From the NCBI GenBank assembly GCA_900550165.1, contig URQY01000004.1, forward strand, positions 12,282-76,281: a stretch of DNA of 64,000 nt, given 5' to 3'. This stretch comes from an uncultured Eubacteriales bacterium (GTDB lineage Bacteria > Bacillota > Clostridia > Oscillospirales > Oscillospiraceae). This document shows, piece after piece, positions 7,846-18,247 of this stretch. Below the pieces are notes generated by a model. The model was given only the letters and a program-made list of their open reading frames with translations. It had not been told where the DNA came from and made no database searches. The stretch's first letter is position 1. Each line of letters begins with the position of its first letter. Both the position numbers and the translations under genes were made by a program.

Positions 7846-8914
7846 GCTCGATGAGATAGCTCCCGCTCTCCGGCGCTTCGGTCAGGATGGGTACAAATTC
7901 CACATCATAGGCCTTCATCGCCTCGGTCACGCTCCCGAGCTCATCCGCCGTGACCTTGACATACACGCGGTCAAACCTTTCCGCGAACTCGCTCATCACG
8001 ATGCCGGAGTTTGCCTCGCTGCCTGCAAGCGCGATGTCCGCGTCCACGCTGACGGAGAGCTTGCCCTGGTAGCCCGCCTGCTCAAGCGCGGTGTGGATGT
8101 CGTCGGCGAGCAGCGCAAGCGCCTCCTGCTGCGTCATGGTGCGCTCGTCCGTCTTGATACGGCTCATGCGCCCCTCGCGCGGGTAATGGAAATCGTCGAG
8201 CAGCAGCTCGTCAAAGCCCATCTTCGCGCACTCGCTCACGATGTCGGTCACGTATTGGCGCGCGGCCTGCTTTTCCGGCGCAAGCCAGTGCGTGCTGTTC
8301 GTGTCGTACCAGACAAAGCCCGTCAACTGGCACACGGCGGCGTCCGTCATGTGCTTGTAGGCATACAGGCTGTCGTGCAGCGTGCTGATGCGGCCGATCG
8401 TATAGTAGTCCGAGTCGACAAGGCCCTGAATGGCCGTGTCCGATGTGCTGTTCCCGGCCACCGCGCCGCAGTCGATTGCGCCCTGCACTTTGGAATTATA
8501 GTAGAGCTTGCCGCTCGCGTCCTTGAGCTCGACCGCCACGGCGTTCACGTCCTTATCAAGGCCATCGAGCGCTGCCTGCCAATCGCTGCCGAGCGCATCC
8601 GCACCCAGCTCGACTGCGTAGGTATCCTTGATGACGGGCTTTTGCACCGTGATCTCAAGGTCGTCCTGCTTCTTATCGTCGCCGCTGTCGCCGCCGTTTG
8701 CGGTATCGTCCTGCGAGACCTTCTTTATCCACGGGAACTCAAAGCGGACCGAGCCGTCCGCCTCATATACCATATAGCGCTGCGCAAACAAAAAGCCGCA
8801 CGCCGCCAGCAGGACCAGCACCAGCACCACTGCCAGCACGCCTCTGCCGCGCCTGCGCCCGCGATAACCGGTATAGCCCTTCGTTCCGCTCGATCTTTTT
8901 GCCATTGTCTGCAT
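7841..8914 (-). CDS. Membrane-anchored putative glycoside-hydrolase-like protein (DUF4015-like)
   Basis: N-terminal TM; NAVAVELKDASG, YTIGRI…HD, WLAP, GFDELLLDDFHYP resemble DUF4015; start may be 8905. Confidence 0.6.
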   Translation of the reverse strand: MQTMAKRSSGTKGYTGYRGRRRGRGVLAVVLVLVLLAACGFLFAQRYMVYEADGSVRFEFPWIKKVSQDDTANGGDSGDDKKQDDLEITVQKPVIKDTYAVELGADALGSDWQAALDGLDKDVNAVAVELKDASGKLYYNSKVQGAIDCGAVAGNSTSDTAIQGLVDSDYYTIGRISTLHDSLYAYKHMTDAAVCQLTGFVWYDTNSTHWLAPEKQAARQYVTDIVSECAKMGFDELLLDDFHYPREGRMSRIKTDERTMTQQEALALLADDIHTALEQAGYQGKLSVSVDADIALAGSEANSGIVMSEFAERFDRVYVKVTADELGSVTEAMKAYDVEFVPILTEAPESGSYLIEQ

Positions 8915-9009
8915 CCGCCTCCTTTTTCTCGTGCAACAGTTTACCTTTTGAGAGCAAAAAAATCAACAAAAACCTTTCGGTTTTTGTTGATTTTCCGCTT
9001 TTGTATGCT

Positions 9010-9447
9010 TTAGCCCTCGATAGCGTCCAGCAGCGCGACGCGGCGGGCGTGGCGGCCGCCTTCAAACGCGGTGGAGAGGAACGTCTCGACCATGGCAGAC
9101 GCCAGCTTGGGGCCCGTGAAGCCCGCGCCGATGGCCATCATGTTGGCGTTGTTGTGCTGGCGGCACAGCTGCGCCTCGAGCGCATCGGCACAGTGCGCGC
9201 AGCGGATGCCCTTGACCTTGTTCGCCGCGATGGAAATGCCGATGCCCGTCGTGCACACGACGATGCCGTACTCGCACTCCCCGCTCGCCACGGCGCGCGC
9301 GGCGGCCTCGCCGAAGATGGGATAGTCGCAGCTCTCGGTGGAGTAGGTGCCGCAGTCCTTGACCTCGTGGCCCATGCCCTCCAGCTGCTTTTTGATGTCT
9401 TCCTTCATGGCGTACCCGCCGTGGTCACAGCCCAATGCGATCTTCAT
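9010..9447 (-). CDS. rpiB: Ribose-5-phosphate isomerase B
   Basis: GCDHGG, CTTGIGISIAANKVKGIR, HNNAN, FEGGRHARR. Confidence 0.92.
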   Translation of the reverse strand: MKIALGCDHGGYAMKEDIKKQLEGMGHEVKDCGTYSTESCDYPIFGEAAARAVASGECEYGIVVCTTGIGISIAANKVKGIRCAHCADALEAQLCRQHNNANMMAIGAGFTGPKLASAMVETFLSTAFEGGRHARRVALLDAIEG

Positions 9448-9467
9448 AATGTTTCTCCTTTTATCGG

Positions 9468-10274
9468 TCAGATTTTGTGAAAGACCGGTTTTTTCTTCTC
9501 AAACGTGCACACATAGTCAAGCCCACAGCTCTTCAAGAGCTCCTGCGTCTCGCGTGCGCGCATCCCGACGAATTCCGGCGTGTGCGCGTCGGTGCCGACG
9601 GTGACGATCTCGCCGCCAAGCTCGTGATAGAGCCTCAGCCATTTTTGATCCGGCAGCGGCGTGTTGCCGCGGTTGACGTTGCACTCGATGCCGCAGCCGT
9701 TTTCAATGAGCGCGCGGAACACCTGCGCCACCTCGTCCTCAAAACCGTCGAAACTCATGTGCATGCCGTGGTTTTCGTTCATGTAGCGAAGCGGCAGTTT
9801 CCGGTGGCCGAGCACGGAGAACTTCCCCCACTTGGCCGTCTCCAGAACGAGCGTTAAATAGTCCGCGATCTGCTCGCGCGCCTCCCGCTCAGTGCCGCCG
9901 GGCATAAAGTAGAGATCGTTCCAGTCATACTTTTCCGAGAGCTGGTGCTGCGAGCCGATGACAAAGTCCAGCTCGGGCAGCCGCGCGAGAAGCTCTTCGG
10001 CGTAGGTAAAGTCGCGCATCGCCTCGCCGAGCTCGATGCCGCGGCGGACGATGATCTTCCCGTCCGCCGCGCGGTCGGCGCGCGCAAAGGTCTCCTCCCG
10101 ATTTGAAAAATCGTGCTCCCAGTGCGTCATCTCGCACGGGCGATAGGTATCCACATGGTCCGTCAGGCACATCTCCTGCAAGCCCTGCGCAATGCCCGCG
10201 TGCACCATGTCCTCCACCGGCGTTTTCGAGTCGAACGAAAGCGAGCAGTGGGTGTGATAATCGGATAAATACAT
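9468..10274 (-). CDS. PHP-family histidinol-phosphatase (HisJ/HisK-like)
   Basis: DYHTH, LTDH, GIELG, DFVIGSQH, GTDAH. Confidence 0.8.
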   Translation of the reverse strand: MYLSDYHTHCSLSFDSKTPVEDMVHAGIAQGLQEMCLTDHVDTYRPCEMTHWEHDFSNREETFARADRAADGKIIVRRGIELGEAMRDFTYAEELLARLPELDFVIGSQHQLSEKYDWNDLYFMPGGTEREAREQIADYLTLVLETAKWGKFSVLGHRKLPLRYMNENHGMHMSFDGFEDEVAQVFRALIENGCGIECNVNRGNTPLPDQKWLRLYHELGGEIVTVGTDAHTPEFVGMRARETQELLKSCGLDYVCTFEKKKPVFHKI

Positions 10275-10284
10275 TTTCTATCCT

Positions 10285-11421
10285 TTACAGCTTGAACTTT
10301 CCGAAGAAGCTCTTGTGCTCCTCATAATTCTTCTCGCCGAGCGACTCGCTGAATTTCTTGAGCGCTTCCTTCTGCTCGCGGTTCAGGTTGCGCGGCGTTT
10401 CGATGTTCACGGTGACGTACTGGTCGCCGCGGCCGCGGCCGTTGAGCCCGGGGATACCCTTGCCCTTTAAGCGGAAGGTCGTGCCGCTCTGCGTCCCCTC
10501 GGGGATGGTGTACTTCACCTTGCCGTCGATCGTCGGGATCTCAAGCTCCGCACCGAGCACCGCCTGCGTAAACGTGATGGGCGCCTCGCAGAGGACGCTC
10601 GTACCCTCGCGGCGGAAGATCTCGTGCGGCCGCACGGATACGACGATCAGAAGATCGCCCGCGGGACCGCCGTTCTTGCCCGCGTTGCCCTGACCGCGCA
10701 GCGAGATGGTCTGCCCGTTGTCGATGCCCGCCGGAATGCTCACCTTGATGGTCTTGTGACGGCGGATCATGCTCTTGCCGCCGCAGGTCGGGCAGGGCTG
10801 GTGGATGATCTTGCCGCGCCCGCCGCAGCGCTGGCACGGCGTAGAGGTGGACATATAGCCCAGCGGCGTCTGGCGGCGCTGCTGAATCACGCCGCTTCCG
10901 CGGCAGTCGGGGCAGATCTCCGCCGTCGTCCCCTTGGCGCAGCCCGAGCCATGGCAGTCCGGGCACTGCTCCACGCGGTCGATGATGACCTCCTTCTCGC
11001 AGCCGAAGGCCGCCTCCTCAAAGCTGATGTTCACGCTCGTGCGCAGGCTCTCGCCGCGCTGGGGCGCGTTGGGGTTGGCGCGCGCACCGCCGAAGCCGCC
11101 GCCGAAAAAGCTGCCGAAGATATCGCCCAGATCGCCGAAGTCGAAGCCGCCCGCACCGTAAGCGCCGCCGCCTGCACCGGCCCCGTAGTTCGGGTCCACG
11201 CCGGCAAAGCCGAACTGGTCGTAGCGCGCCTTCTTCTCCGGGTCGCTCAGGACCTCGTTCGCCTCGTTGATCTCCTTGAATTTCTCTTCCGCTTCCTTAT
11301 CGCCGGGGTTCATGTCGGGGTGATACTTGCGCGCAAGCTTTTTATATGCTTTTTTGATTTCTTCCTCCGAAGCGCCCTTGGAAATGCCGAGCACCTCGTA
11401 ATAATCGCGTTTCTCCGCCAT
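10285..11421 (-). CDS. dnaJ: Chaperone DnaJ
   Basis: J domain HPD, G/F region, four CxxCxGxG-type repeats; start at MAEKRDYY. Confidence 0.97.
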   Translation of the reverse strand: MAEKRDYYEVLGISKGASEEEIKKAYKKLARKYHPDMNPGDKEAEEKFKEINEANEVLSDPEKKARYDQFGFAGVDPNYGAGAGGGAYGAGGFDFGDLGDIFGSFFGGGFGGARANPNAPQRGESLRTSVNISFEEAAFGCEKEVIIDRVEQCPDCHGSGCAKGTTAEICPDCRGSGVIQQRRQTPLGYMSTSTPCQRCGGRGKIIHQPCPTCGGKSMIRRHKTIKVSIPAGIDNGQTISLRGQGNAGKNGGPAGDLLIVVSVRPHEIFRREGTSVLCEAPITFTQAVLGAELEIPTIDGKVKYTIPEGTQSGTTFRLKGKGIPGLNGRGRGDQYVTVNIETPRNLNREQKEALKKFSESLGEKNYEEHKSFFGKFKL

Positions 11422-11495
11422 AGACAAAACTCCCTTGAAACGCCACGACCGGGGGCAGTTCAAAAACTGTCCCCGTTGTGGCCGACTTGCTTATT

Positions 11496-13358
11496 TTACT
11501 TCTTGTTCTCGTCGTCGTCAACGACCTTGTAGTCAGCGTCATAATACTGCTGACCGTTCGGGCCGGTCTGTGCGCCGCCGTTCTGACCGCCCATATCGGG
11601 GCCGGCCTGTGCGCCGCCCTGCGGGTTGGCCTGCTGGTAGAGCTTCTCGCTCATCTGGTAGAACATCTGGGTCAGCTCTTCGGTCGCGCTCTTGATGGCG
11701 TCGGTGTCGTCGCCCTTGAGGACTTCCTTCAGCTTGTCGATACCGGCCTGGACCTTGGCCTTCTCGTCCGCGGGGATCTTGTCGCCCACCTCGCCGAGGG
11801 TCTTCTCGCTCTGGTAGACCATCTGGTCGGCCTGGTTGCGGACCTCGACCTTTTCCTTGATCTTGGCGTCCTCGGCAGCGTACTGCTCGGCGTCCTTGAC
11901 GGCCTTTTCGATATCCTCCTTGCTCATGTTGGAGGAAGAGGTGATGGTGATGTGCTGCTCGGTGCCGGTGCCGAGGTCCTTCGCGCTGACGTTCACGATG
12001 CCGTTGGCGTCGATATCGAATGTGACCTCGATCTGAGGCACGCCGCGGCGGGCCGGAGCGATGCCGTCGAGGTGGAAGCGGCCGAGGCTCTTGTTGGCAG
12101 CGGCCATCTCGCGCTCGCCCTGCAGGACGTTGACCTCAACGCTCGTCTGGTTGTCGGCGGCGGTGGAGAAGATCTGGCTCTTCTTCACGGGGATGGTGGT
12201 GTTGCGGTCGATGAGCTTGGTGCAAACGCCGCCCATGGTCTCAATGCCGAGGCTCAGCGGGGTAACATCGAGCAGCAGCAGGCCCTTGACATCGCCGGTC
12301 AGCACGCCCGCCTGAAGCGCGGCGCCCATGGCGACGCACTCATCGGGGTTGATGCCCTTGAAGCCTTCCTTGCCGGTGAGCTTCTTGACCATTTCCTGCA
12401 CGGCGGGGATACGGCTGGAGCCGCCGACCATCAGTACCTTGTGGATATCGTTACCGGTGAGGCCGGCATCGCTCAGCGCCTGGCGGACAGGGCCGGCAGT
12501 GGCTTCGACCAGGTGCGCGGTCAGCTCGTTGAACTTGGCGCGCGTGAGCGTCAGATCAAGGTGCTTCGGGCCCGTGGCGTCGGCCGTGATATACGGGAGG
12601 TTGATGTTGGTGGAGGTCACGCCGGAGAGCTCGATCTTGGCCTTCTCCGCGGCCTCCTTCAGGCGCTGCATGGCGACCTTATCGGTAGAGAGGTCGACGT
12701 TGTCGGTGCGCTTGAACTCGCCGACCATCCACTTCATGATGCACTCATCGAAGTCGTCGCCGCCGAGACGGTTGTTGCCGGCGGTGGCCAGCACCTCGAT
12801 CACGCCGTCGTCGATATCCAGGATGGAGACATCGAACGTGCCGCCGCCGAGGTCGTAGACCATGACCTTCTGGCTCTGCTCCTTGTCGACGCCGTAAGCA
12901 AGCGCTGCGGCCGTCGGCTCGTTGATGATACGCTTGACCTCGAGGCCGGCGATCTTACCGGCGTCCTTGGTCGCCTGACGCTGCGCGTCGGTGAAGTAAG
13001 CGGGAACGGTGATGACGGCTTCGCTGACGCTTCCGCCGAGGTAGGCTTCGGCGTCCGCCTTGAGCTTTTGCAGGATCATCGCGCTGATCTCCTGCGGGGT
13101 GTACTTCTTGCCGTCGATCTCGACTTTATAATCAGAGCCCATCTCGCGCTTGATCGAAGCGATCGTGCGGTCGGGGTTGGTGATGGCCTGACGCTTTGCG
13201 ACCTGGCCGACCATACGCTCGCCGGTCTTCGAGAACGCGACGACGGACGGGGTGGTGCGGTTGCCTTCGGCGTTGGGGATGACGACGGCTTCGCCGCCCT
13301 CCATCACAGCCACACAAGAGTTGGTCGTACCAAGGTCGATACCGATAACTTTAGACAT
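11496..13358 (-). CDS. dnaK: Chaperone DnaK
   Basis: [23 protein letters not shown]. Confidence 0.98.
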   Translation of the reverse strand: MSKVIGIDLGTTNSCVAVMEGGEAVVIPNAEGNRTTPSVVAFSKTGERMVGQVAKRQAITNPDRTIASIKREMGSDYKVEIDGKKYTPQEISAMILQKLKADAEAYLGGSVSEAVITVPAYFTDAQRQATKDAGKIAGLEVKRIINEPTAAALAYGVDKEQSQKVMVYDLGGGTFDVSILDIDDGVIEVLATAGNNRLGGDDFDECIMKWMVGEFKRTDNVDLSTDKVAMQRLKEAAEKAKIELSGVTSTNINLPYITADATGPKHLDLTLTRAKFNELTAHLVEATAGPVRQALSDAGLTGNDIHKVLMVGGSSRIPAVQEMVKKLTGKEGFKGINPDECVAMGAALQAGVLTGDVKGLLLLDVTPLSLGIETMGGVCTKLIDRNTTIPVKKSQIFSTAADNQTSVEVNVLQGEREMAAANKSLGRFHLDGIAPARRGVPQIEVTFDIDANGIVNVSAKDLGTGTEQHITITSSSNMSKEDIEKAVKDAEQYAAEDAKIKEKVEVRNQADQMVYQSEKTLGEVGDKIPADEKAKVQAGIDKLKEVLKGDDTDAIKSATEELTQMFYQMSEKLYQQANPQGGAQAGPDMGGQNGGAQTGPNGQQYYDADYKVVDDDENKK

Positions 13359-13412
13359 AATGTTGTCCTCCTAAGATCTATCTTAATTTTTTTGTTAACA
13401 TCTTTATATTCA

Positions 13413-13611
13413 TTTCGCGTTCGCAAACGCGAAACAAAATCGAATCGTTTTTTCTGACGACAGAAGGTGAATTGCCGCATAGCGGCAAGAGAAGCCGCCC
13501 TAGGGCGTGTGCGTCAGAAAAAACACATCTCAGCCCTGAAACGTGCGAGCGCAGCGAGTGCGCTGCACAGGGCTGCAAGCTCTTTCAAAAATGTGTGTCA
13601 CACATTTTTGA
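13413..13611. repeat. Cluster of nested inverted repeats between grpE and dnaK
   Basis: 13-bp IR 13447-13459/13512-13524, 8-bp IR 13531/13568, 13-bp IR 13585-13611, further hairpins inside. Confidence 0.7.
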
Positions 13612-13618
13612 GGAACTT

Positions 13619-14227
13619 TTAGTTGGCGACCTTGACGATCGCGAACCGGAGCACCTTATCACCCAGCGTGAAGCCCTGCTGCAAAACCTCCACCACGGTG
13701 TTTTCGCCGTAGCTTTCGTCCTCAATGTGCATCACGGCGTTGTGCTTTTCGGGGTCGAAGGGCTTGCCCGCGGCGTCCATCGTTTCCACGCCCAGCTTGG
13801 TAAGGCTCTCCTTGAACTGGTTGAACACCATTTCAAGGCCCTTGCGGTGGGGCGACTCCTCGTCGCCATACTGGGCAAGGCCGCGCTCGAGGTTATCGTA
13901 AACGCCCAGCAGCGCCTTGATCGTGTCGATCTTCGCGTCGGCGTAAAGGCTTTCCTTTTCCTTCGCAGTGCGCTTGCGGTAGTTGTCGTACTCGGCGGCA
14001 AGGCGCAGGTATTTGTCCTGCTCGTCGGCAAGCGACTTGGCAAGGCCCTCCATCTTCTCCATCTGCTCGCGCGTGACGGTAAAGGTCTCGGGCTCCGCCT
14101 TCTTTTCGGCGGTCTCATCAGCCTTGGCGGGCTCTGCGGTCTTGGCCGCCTCCTCTGCCGCCGGCTGCTGCGCCGTTTCCTTTTCCGGCGTGCTCTCCGC
14201 CGCGTTCTGCTTGTCTTTCTTACCCAT
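13619..14227 (-). CDS. grpE: Nucleotide exchange factor GrpE
   Basis: LRLAAEYDNYRKR, FDPEKHNAV, VLRFAIVKV. Confidence 0.96.
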   Translation of the reverse strand: MGKKDKQNAAESTPEKETAQQPAAEEAAKTAEPAKADETAEKKAEPETFTVTREQMEKMEGLAKSLADEQDKYLRLAAEYDNYRKRTAKEKESLYADAKIDTIKALLGVYDNLERGLAQYGDEESPHRKGLEMVFNQFKESLTKLGVETMDAAGKPFDPEKHNAVMHIEDESYGENTVVEVLQQGFTLGDKVLRFAIVKVAN

Positions 14228-14230
14228 TTC

Positions 14231-15280
14231 TTACTCCTTATCTTCTTCCTTGGGCGGAAGCTCGTTCTTGCCGAACATCCGCGTCAGGCTGTCTGCAAAA
14301 TAACTCAGCCGCGCCGTCACGGTGGCGTAGTCCATTCTCGTGGGACCCACCACGCCGACGAGCCCGCGCATCCCGTCGCCGATATCGTAGCTGGCGACGA
14401 CCACGCTCGTTTCCTTGAGCGCCTCGTTCACGTTTTCCGGGCCGATCAGGATCTTGAGCGGCGCGCCGTCATCCGGCACGGGAAGCTCTTCCTTGTTATC
14501 CACAAGGAATGTGACTAAATCGTGCGCCTTGTCGACATCGCGGTACTCAGGCATTTTCAAGATCTGGCTCGCGCCCGCGGTCTCCACATTGCGCTGCGCG
14601 CTCTGCTCGAGCACACCGATCGCATATTCGACCGCTTTGGACACCACTAAAAACAGCTCGGGCGAAAGCTGCTCGGAAAGGCTCATCAGCCTTGCACTCA
14701 TCTCATCGGCGCTCCGGCCGGTGAAGTGCGTGTTCAAAAGCTCTTTGACGTCCGCGAGCCGCTGGCTGTCGAACGGGAGGTCCGAGCGCTGGAGCTGGCT
14801 CTTCACGCGGTTGTCCTCGCCCATCACCACGACGATGAAGCTCATTTCATCGACCGCGATGAGCTCGAAGCGCTTGACGCTCGCCTCGCGCCGACCGCCT
14901 GTCACGCTGTACACGGGGTAATTGACGATGCTCGACACCATCTGCCCCGCCTTGGCGATCACGCTGTCCGTGCCGCTGAGCTTGGACTTTAGCTGCTCGT
15001 TGATCTCCTCCGCTTCTGTTTCGGAAACCTCGCGCTTTTCCATCAGCTCGTTGACGTACAAGCGGTAACCTTTCGGCGACGGCACGCGTCCGGCGGACGT
15101 GTGCGGCTGCTCAAGGTAGCCCATTTCGACCAGATCCGCAAGCTCGTTGCGGATGGTCGCGGAGCTCACCGAACCGCCCATCTCCTCGGCCAGCGCCTTG
15201 GAGCCGACCGGCTCAGCCGCGGCGATATAATCTTCGACCACGCGCTTGAGAATTTGCTTTTTGCGCTCTGTCAAGTCCAT
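14231..15280 (-). CDS. hrcA: Heat-inducible repressor HrcA
   Basis: SSATIRNE, QPHTSAGRVPSPKGYR, GPTRMDY. Confidence 0.96.
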   Translation of the reverse strand: MDLTERKKQILKRVVEDYIAAAEPVGSKALAEEMGGSVSSATIRNELADLVEMGYLEQPHTSAGRVPSPKGYRLYVNELMEKREVSETEAEEINEQLKSKLSGTDSVIAKAGQMVSSIVNYPVYSVTGGRREASVKRFELIAVDEMSFIVVVMGEDNRVKSQLQRSDLPFDSQRLADVKELLNTHFTGRSADEMSARLMSLSEQLSPELFLVVSKAVEYAIGVLEQSAQRNVETAGASQILKMPEYRDVDKAHDLVTFLVDNKEELPVPDDGAPLKILIGPENVNEALKETSVVVASYDIGDGMRGLVGVVGPTRMDYATVTARLSYFADSLTRMFGKNELPPKEEDKE

Positions 15281-15302
15281 ACGCCGCGCTCCTTTCGTAG
15301 CT

Positions 15303-15329
15303 TTAGCACTCCTTTCCCCTGAGTGCTAA
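15303..15329. promoter_or_regulatory. CIRCE element
   Basis: Perfect TTAGCACTC-N9-GAGTGCTAA, just downstream of the minus-strand promoter TTGACA(15362-15357)-N17-TACACT(15339-15334). Confidence 0.97.
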
Positions 15330-15447
15330 ACGCAGTGTACCACCGACATTTCCCATTGTCAATAGGACGCAGTGTAAACAGTTTGTGAACTACGCAAAAG
15401 TCGGACCGTGACCTTCCCGAAAAGCATCACTGCCTCCATTTTCGCGC

Positions 15448-15481
15448 AAAAAAGAGGAACGCTCTCGCGTTCCTCTTTTTT
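15448..15481 (-). terminator. rnf operon terminator
   Basis: AAAAAAGAGGAACGC/GCGTTCCTCTTTTTT. Confidence 0.75.
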
Positions 15482-15491
15482 GTAAAACCGT

Positions 15492-16397
15492 TTATTCCGC
15501 CTTGGGCGCTTCCGCAGCCTTGGCTTCGGCGGCTGCCTTGGCAGCAGCGGCCTTGCGCTCGGCGGCAGCCTTCTGCGCCGCCTTGAACTTCTCCTTCTCC
15601 TCGGGGGTCGGGATGGGCTCGATGGCGTTGCGCGGGCAGGCCTTGGCGCACATGGTGCAGTTTCTGCACTTGTCGTAGTCGATGACGGCCACGTTGTTGA
15701 CGACGTGGATGGCGTCGAACTTACAGGTGCGCTCGCACATACCGCAGGCGATACAGGAGTTGGCGCACACCTTCGTGACGGCGGGGCCCTTCTCCTTGTT
15801 GGAGCAGTTGACGAACACCTTCTGCTTGTAGGGCACCTCGACGATCAGCTTGCGCGGGCAAACCTCGCGGCAGGCGCCGCAGTCGGTGCACTTTTCCTTG
15901 TCGACCTCGGCCACGCCCTGGGCATTGATATGCAGCGCGTCGAACTGGCAGGCGGCCACGCAGGTACCGAAGCCCATGCAGCCAAAGGAGCAGGCGGTCG
16001 GGCCGCCGGCGACCTTCGTCGCGGCGACGCAGTCGTGAAGACCGACATACTCAAAGTTCTTCACAGAGGCCTCGCCGCCGTTGCACAGCACGTGCGCGAC
16101 CTTCTTTTCGCCGCTGGGGGCTTCCATGCCCATGATCTCGGCGATCTTGGCAGCGCCCTCCGCGCCTGCGGGAGCGCAGGCGGTGACAGGGGCCTTACCA
16201 GCCAGAATAGCCTCTGCGCAGCCCGCGCAGCCGGGATAGCCGCAGCCGCCGCAGTTTGCACCGGCAAGGCAGGCCTGGATCTTGGGCAGACGCTCATCGA
16301 CCTCGACCTCAAAGGCCTTGGCCGCAACGGACAGGATCAGGCCGAACACAACGGCGATCACGCCCAGCACGAGGACGGCATAAATTACGTTCATCAT
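15492..16397 (-). CDS. rnfB: Rnf complex subunit B
   Basis: GANCGGCGYPGC and multiple 4Fe-4S motifs. Confidence 0.93.
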   Translation of the reverse strand: MMNVIYAVLVLGVIAVVFGLILSVAAKAFEVEVDERLPKIQACLAGANCGGCGYPGCAGCAEAILAGKAPVTACAPAGAEGAAKIAEIMGMEAPSGEKKVAHVLCNGGEASVKNFEYVGLHDCVAATKVAGGPTACSFGCMGFGTCVAACQFDALHINAQGVAEVDKEKCTDCGACREVCPRKLIVEVPYKQKVFVNCSNKEKGPAVTKVCANSCIACGMCERTCKFDAIHVVNNVAVIDYDKCRNCTMCAKACPRNAIEPIPTPEEKEKFKAAQKAAAERKAAAAKAAAEAKAAEAPKAE

Positions 16398-16412
16398 GTT
16401 TCCATTCCCTCC

Positions 16413-17003
16413 TTACATGGGCCACACCTGCAGACCCGAGAAGCCCATGAATGCAAGGGCGATGAGGCCTGCGGTGATCAGCGCGATGGGGAAGCCTTCA
16501 AATGCCTTGGGATAGTCGGCAAACTCCAGGCGCTCGCGCACCGTGGAGAACAGGTAGATCGCCAGCAGGAAGCCAAGGCCGCCGGTGATGCCGTAAACCA
16601 CGGATCCGATGAAGTTGTAGTCGTTCTGCACGTTGAGCAGCACCACGCCGAGAACGGCGCAGTTGGTGGTGATCAGCGGCAGGTACACGCCGAGGGCCGT
16701 GTAGAGCGTCGGCATGGACTTTTTGAGGAACATCTCGATGAACTGCACGAGGCTCGCCACCACGAGGATGAAGGCGACGGTCTGCATATAGTCAAGCCCC
16801 AGCGCAACAAGGATCTTATTCACGCCGAAGCAGAACGCCGAGGCAAGGCCCATGACGAACGTAACGGCAAGACCCATACCGACGGCGGTGTCGCTCTTTT
16901 TCGACACGCCGAGGAACGGGCAGATACCCAGGAACTGCGAGAAGATGAAGTTATTCGTCAAAATCGCGCCGAGGGAAATAGCAAGAAGCTTTGTAACACT
17001 CAT
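16413..17003 (-). CDS. rnfA: Rnf complex subunit A
   Basis: FLGICPFLGVSK, LPLITTNCAVLG. Confidence 0.93.
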   Translation of the reverse strand: MSVTKLLAISLGAILTNNFIFSQFLGICPFLGVSKKSDTAVGMGLAVTFVMGLASAFCFGVNKILVALGLDYMQTVAFILVVASLVQFIEMFLKKSMPTLYTALGVYLPLITTNCAVLGVVLLNVQNDYNFIGSVVYGITGGLGFLLAIYLFSTVRERLEFADYPKAFEGFPIALITAGLIALAFMGFSGLQVWPM

Positions 17004-17633
17004 TTATTTACCCTCCGTTTCGTTTGCTTTTGCCTTTTTCTTCTCGCTTCTGGCAAGCGCCCACTGCATGATGGCGATCAGCGTGCCGAGGCAGAGGAAG
17101 CCGCCGACGGGCAACGTGAGCATACCGGCGGGAACGTAGGAAGAAGGCATGATCTGGATGCCGAGCAGCGTGCCGGCGCCGAAGAGCTCGCGGAACGCGC
17201 TCAGAATCAGCAGCACCACCGTGTAGCCGATGCCCTGGCAGATGCCGTCCATCGCGGAGGCGGCGACGGAATTCTTGCTGGCAAAGGCCTCGGCACGGCC
17301 GAGGATGATGCAGTTGACGACGATCAGCGGGATGAACACGCCAAGGCTCTCGGCAATGGCGGGGACAAACGCCTGCAGGCACAGGTCAACGATGGTAACG
17401 AAGCCCGCGATCACGACGATGTAGCACGCGATACGCACTTCGTTGGGGATGATCTTGCGCAGCAGGGAAATAAAAATGTTGGAAAGCGTCAGGATGACGA
17501 GAACGGAGAGGCCCATACCAAGGCCGTTCGCCACACTCGTGGTGATGGCCATCGTGGAGCACATACCGAGCACCTGCACCAGAACGGGGTTTTGGTAGAT
17601 CAGACCGTCTTTGAGCTGTTTACTGAAATTCAT
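17004..17633 (-). CDS. rnfE: Rnf complex subunit E
   Basis: NPVLVQVLGMC, IPLIVVNCIILGRAEAFA. Confidence 0.93.
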   Translation of the reverse strand: MNFSKQLKDGLIYQNPVLVQVLGMCSTMAITTSVANGLGMGLSVLVILTLSNIFISLLRKIIPNEVRIACYIVVIAGFVTIVDLCLQAFVPAIAESLGVFIPLIVVNCIILGRAEAFASKNSVAASAMDGICQGIGYTVVLLILSAFRELFGAGTLLGIQIMPSSYVPAGMLTLPVGGFLCLGTLIAIMQWALARSEKKKAKANETEGK

Positions 17634-17650
17634 TGATCGTTCCCCCTTTC

Positions 17651-18247
17651 TCAGTTCATGGCTTCCGCGGCGGCCAGAGCAGCATTGACGCCCTTGGTCA
17701 CGCCCTTGGTGGAAACCGTAGCGCCGGTGACGGCGTCGATGTTCTGCTTGACGACGAGCGTGCCCGCGCCGGACTTGCCGACGAACTGATCGAGCGCGCC
17801 GGTGCCGGCGGAGGTCGCTTCATTGTCGATGACCTTGGATCCGATGCCCGCGGTCTCGGAAGCCTTAACAACGGAAACGCCGGTGACGGTGAGGTCGGTA
17901 TCCACGCCGACAATCATCTCGATGTTGCCCTGAGAGCCGCTCGCGGTGACCTTGAAGGCATAGCCGATCGTGTCGCCGCCGGAGGTGACCTCATAGGCCT
18001 CGCTCAGCTTGCCGCCCTGATCGTTGGCGGCATCGATCATTTCCTGAGAGATCGTTTCCATCGGGGGGAACTCGCAGTCCGTCGCGGAGACGACCTTGGC
18101 GAGCGCCTCCTCGGTCTTCTGCTGGTTGATGGCCGCAATCTTGTCGGCCGTGAGCATATTGGTAAGGCCCAGCAGCAGCGCGACGACCAGCGAGATCGCC
18201 GTCAGCGTACCGGCTACCTTGAAAATGAATTTACCTTCGATCTTCAT
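17651..18247 (-). CDS. rnfG: Rnf complex subunit G
   Basis: ETAGIG; FMN motif DAVTGATVST. Confidence 0.9.
   Translation of the reverse strand: MKIEGKFIFKVAGTLTAISLVVALLLGLTNMLTADKIAAINQQKTEEALAKVVSATDCEFPPMETISQEMIDAANDQGGKLSEAYEVTSGGDTIGYAFKVTASGSQGNIEMIVGVDTDLTVTGVSVVKASETAGIGSKVIDNEATSAGTGALDQFVGKSGAGTLVVKQNIDAVTGATVSTKGVTKGVNAALAAAEAMN

Noticed and set aside
11478..13457. 659-aa ORF antisense to dnaK
   Set aside because: Long antisense frames opposite hsp70/dnaK are a known codon-bias artefact
15705..17636. 643-aa ORF antisense to rnf genes
   Set aside because: Shadow ORF with no motifs
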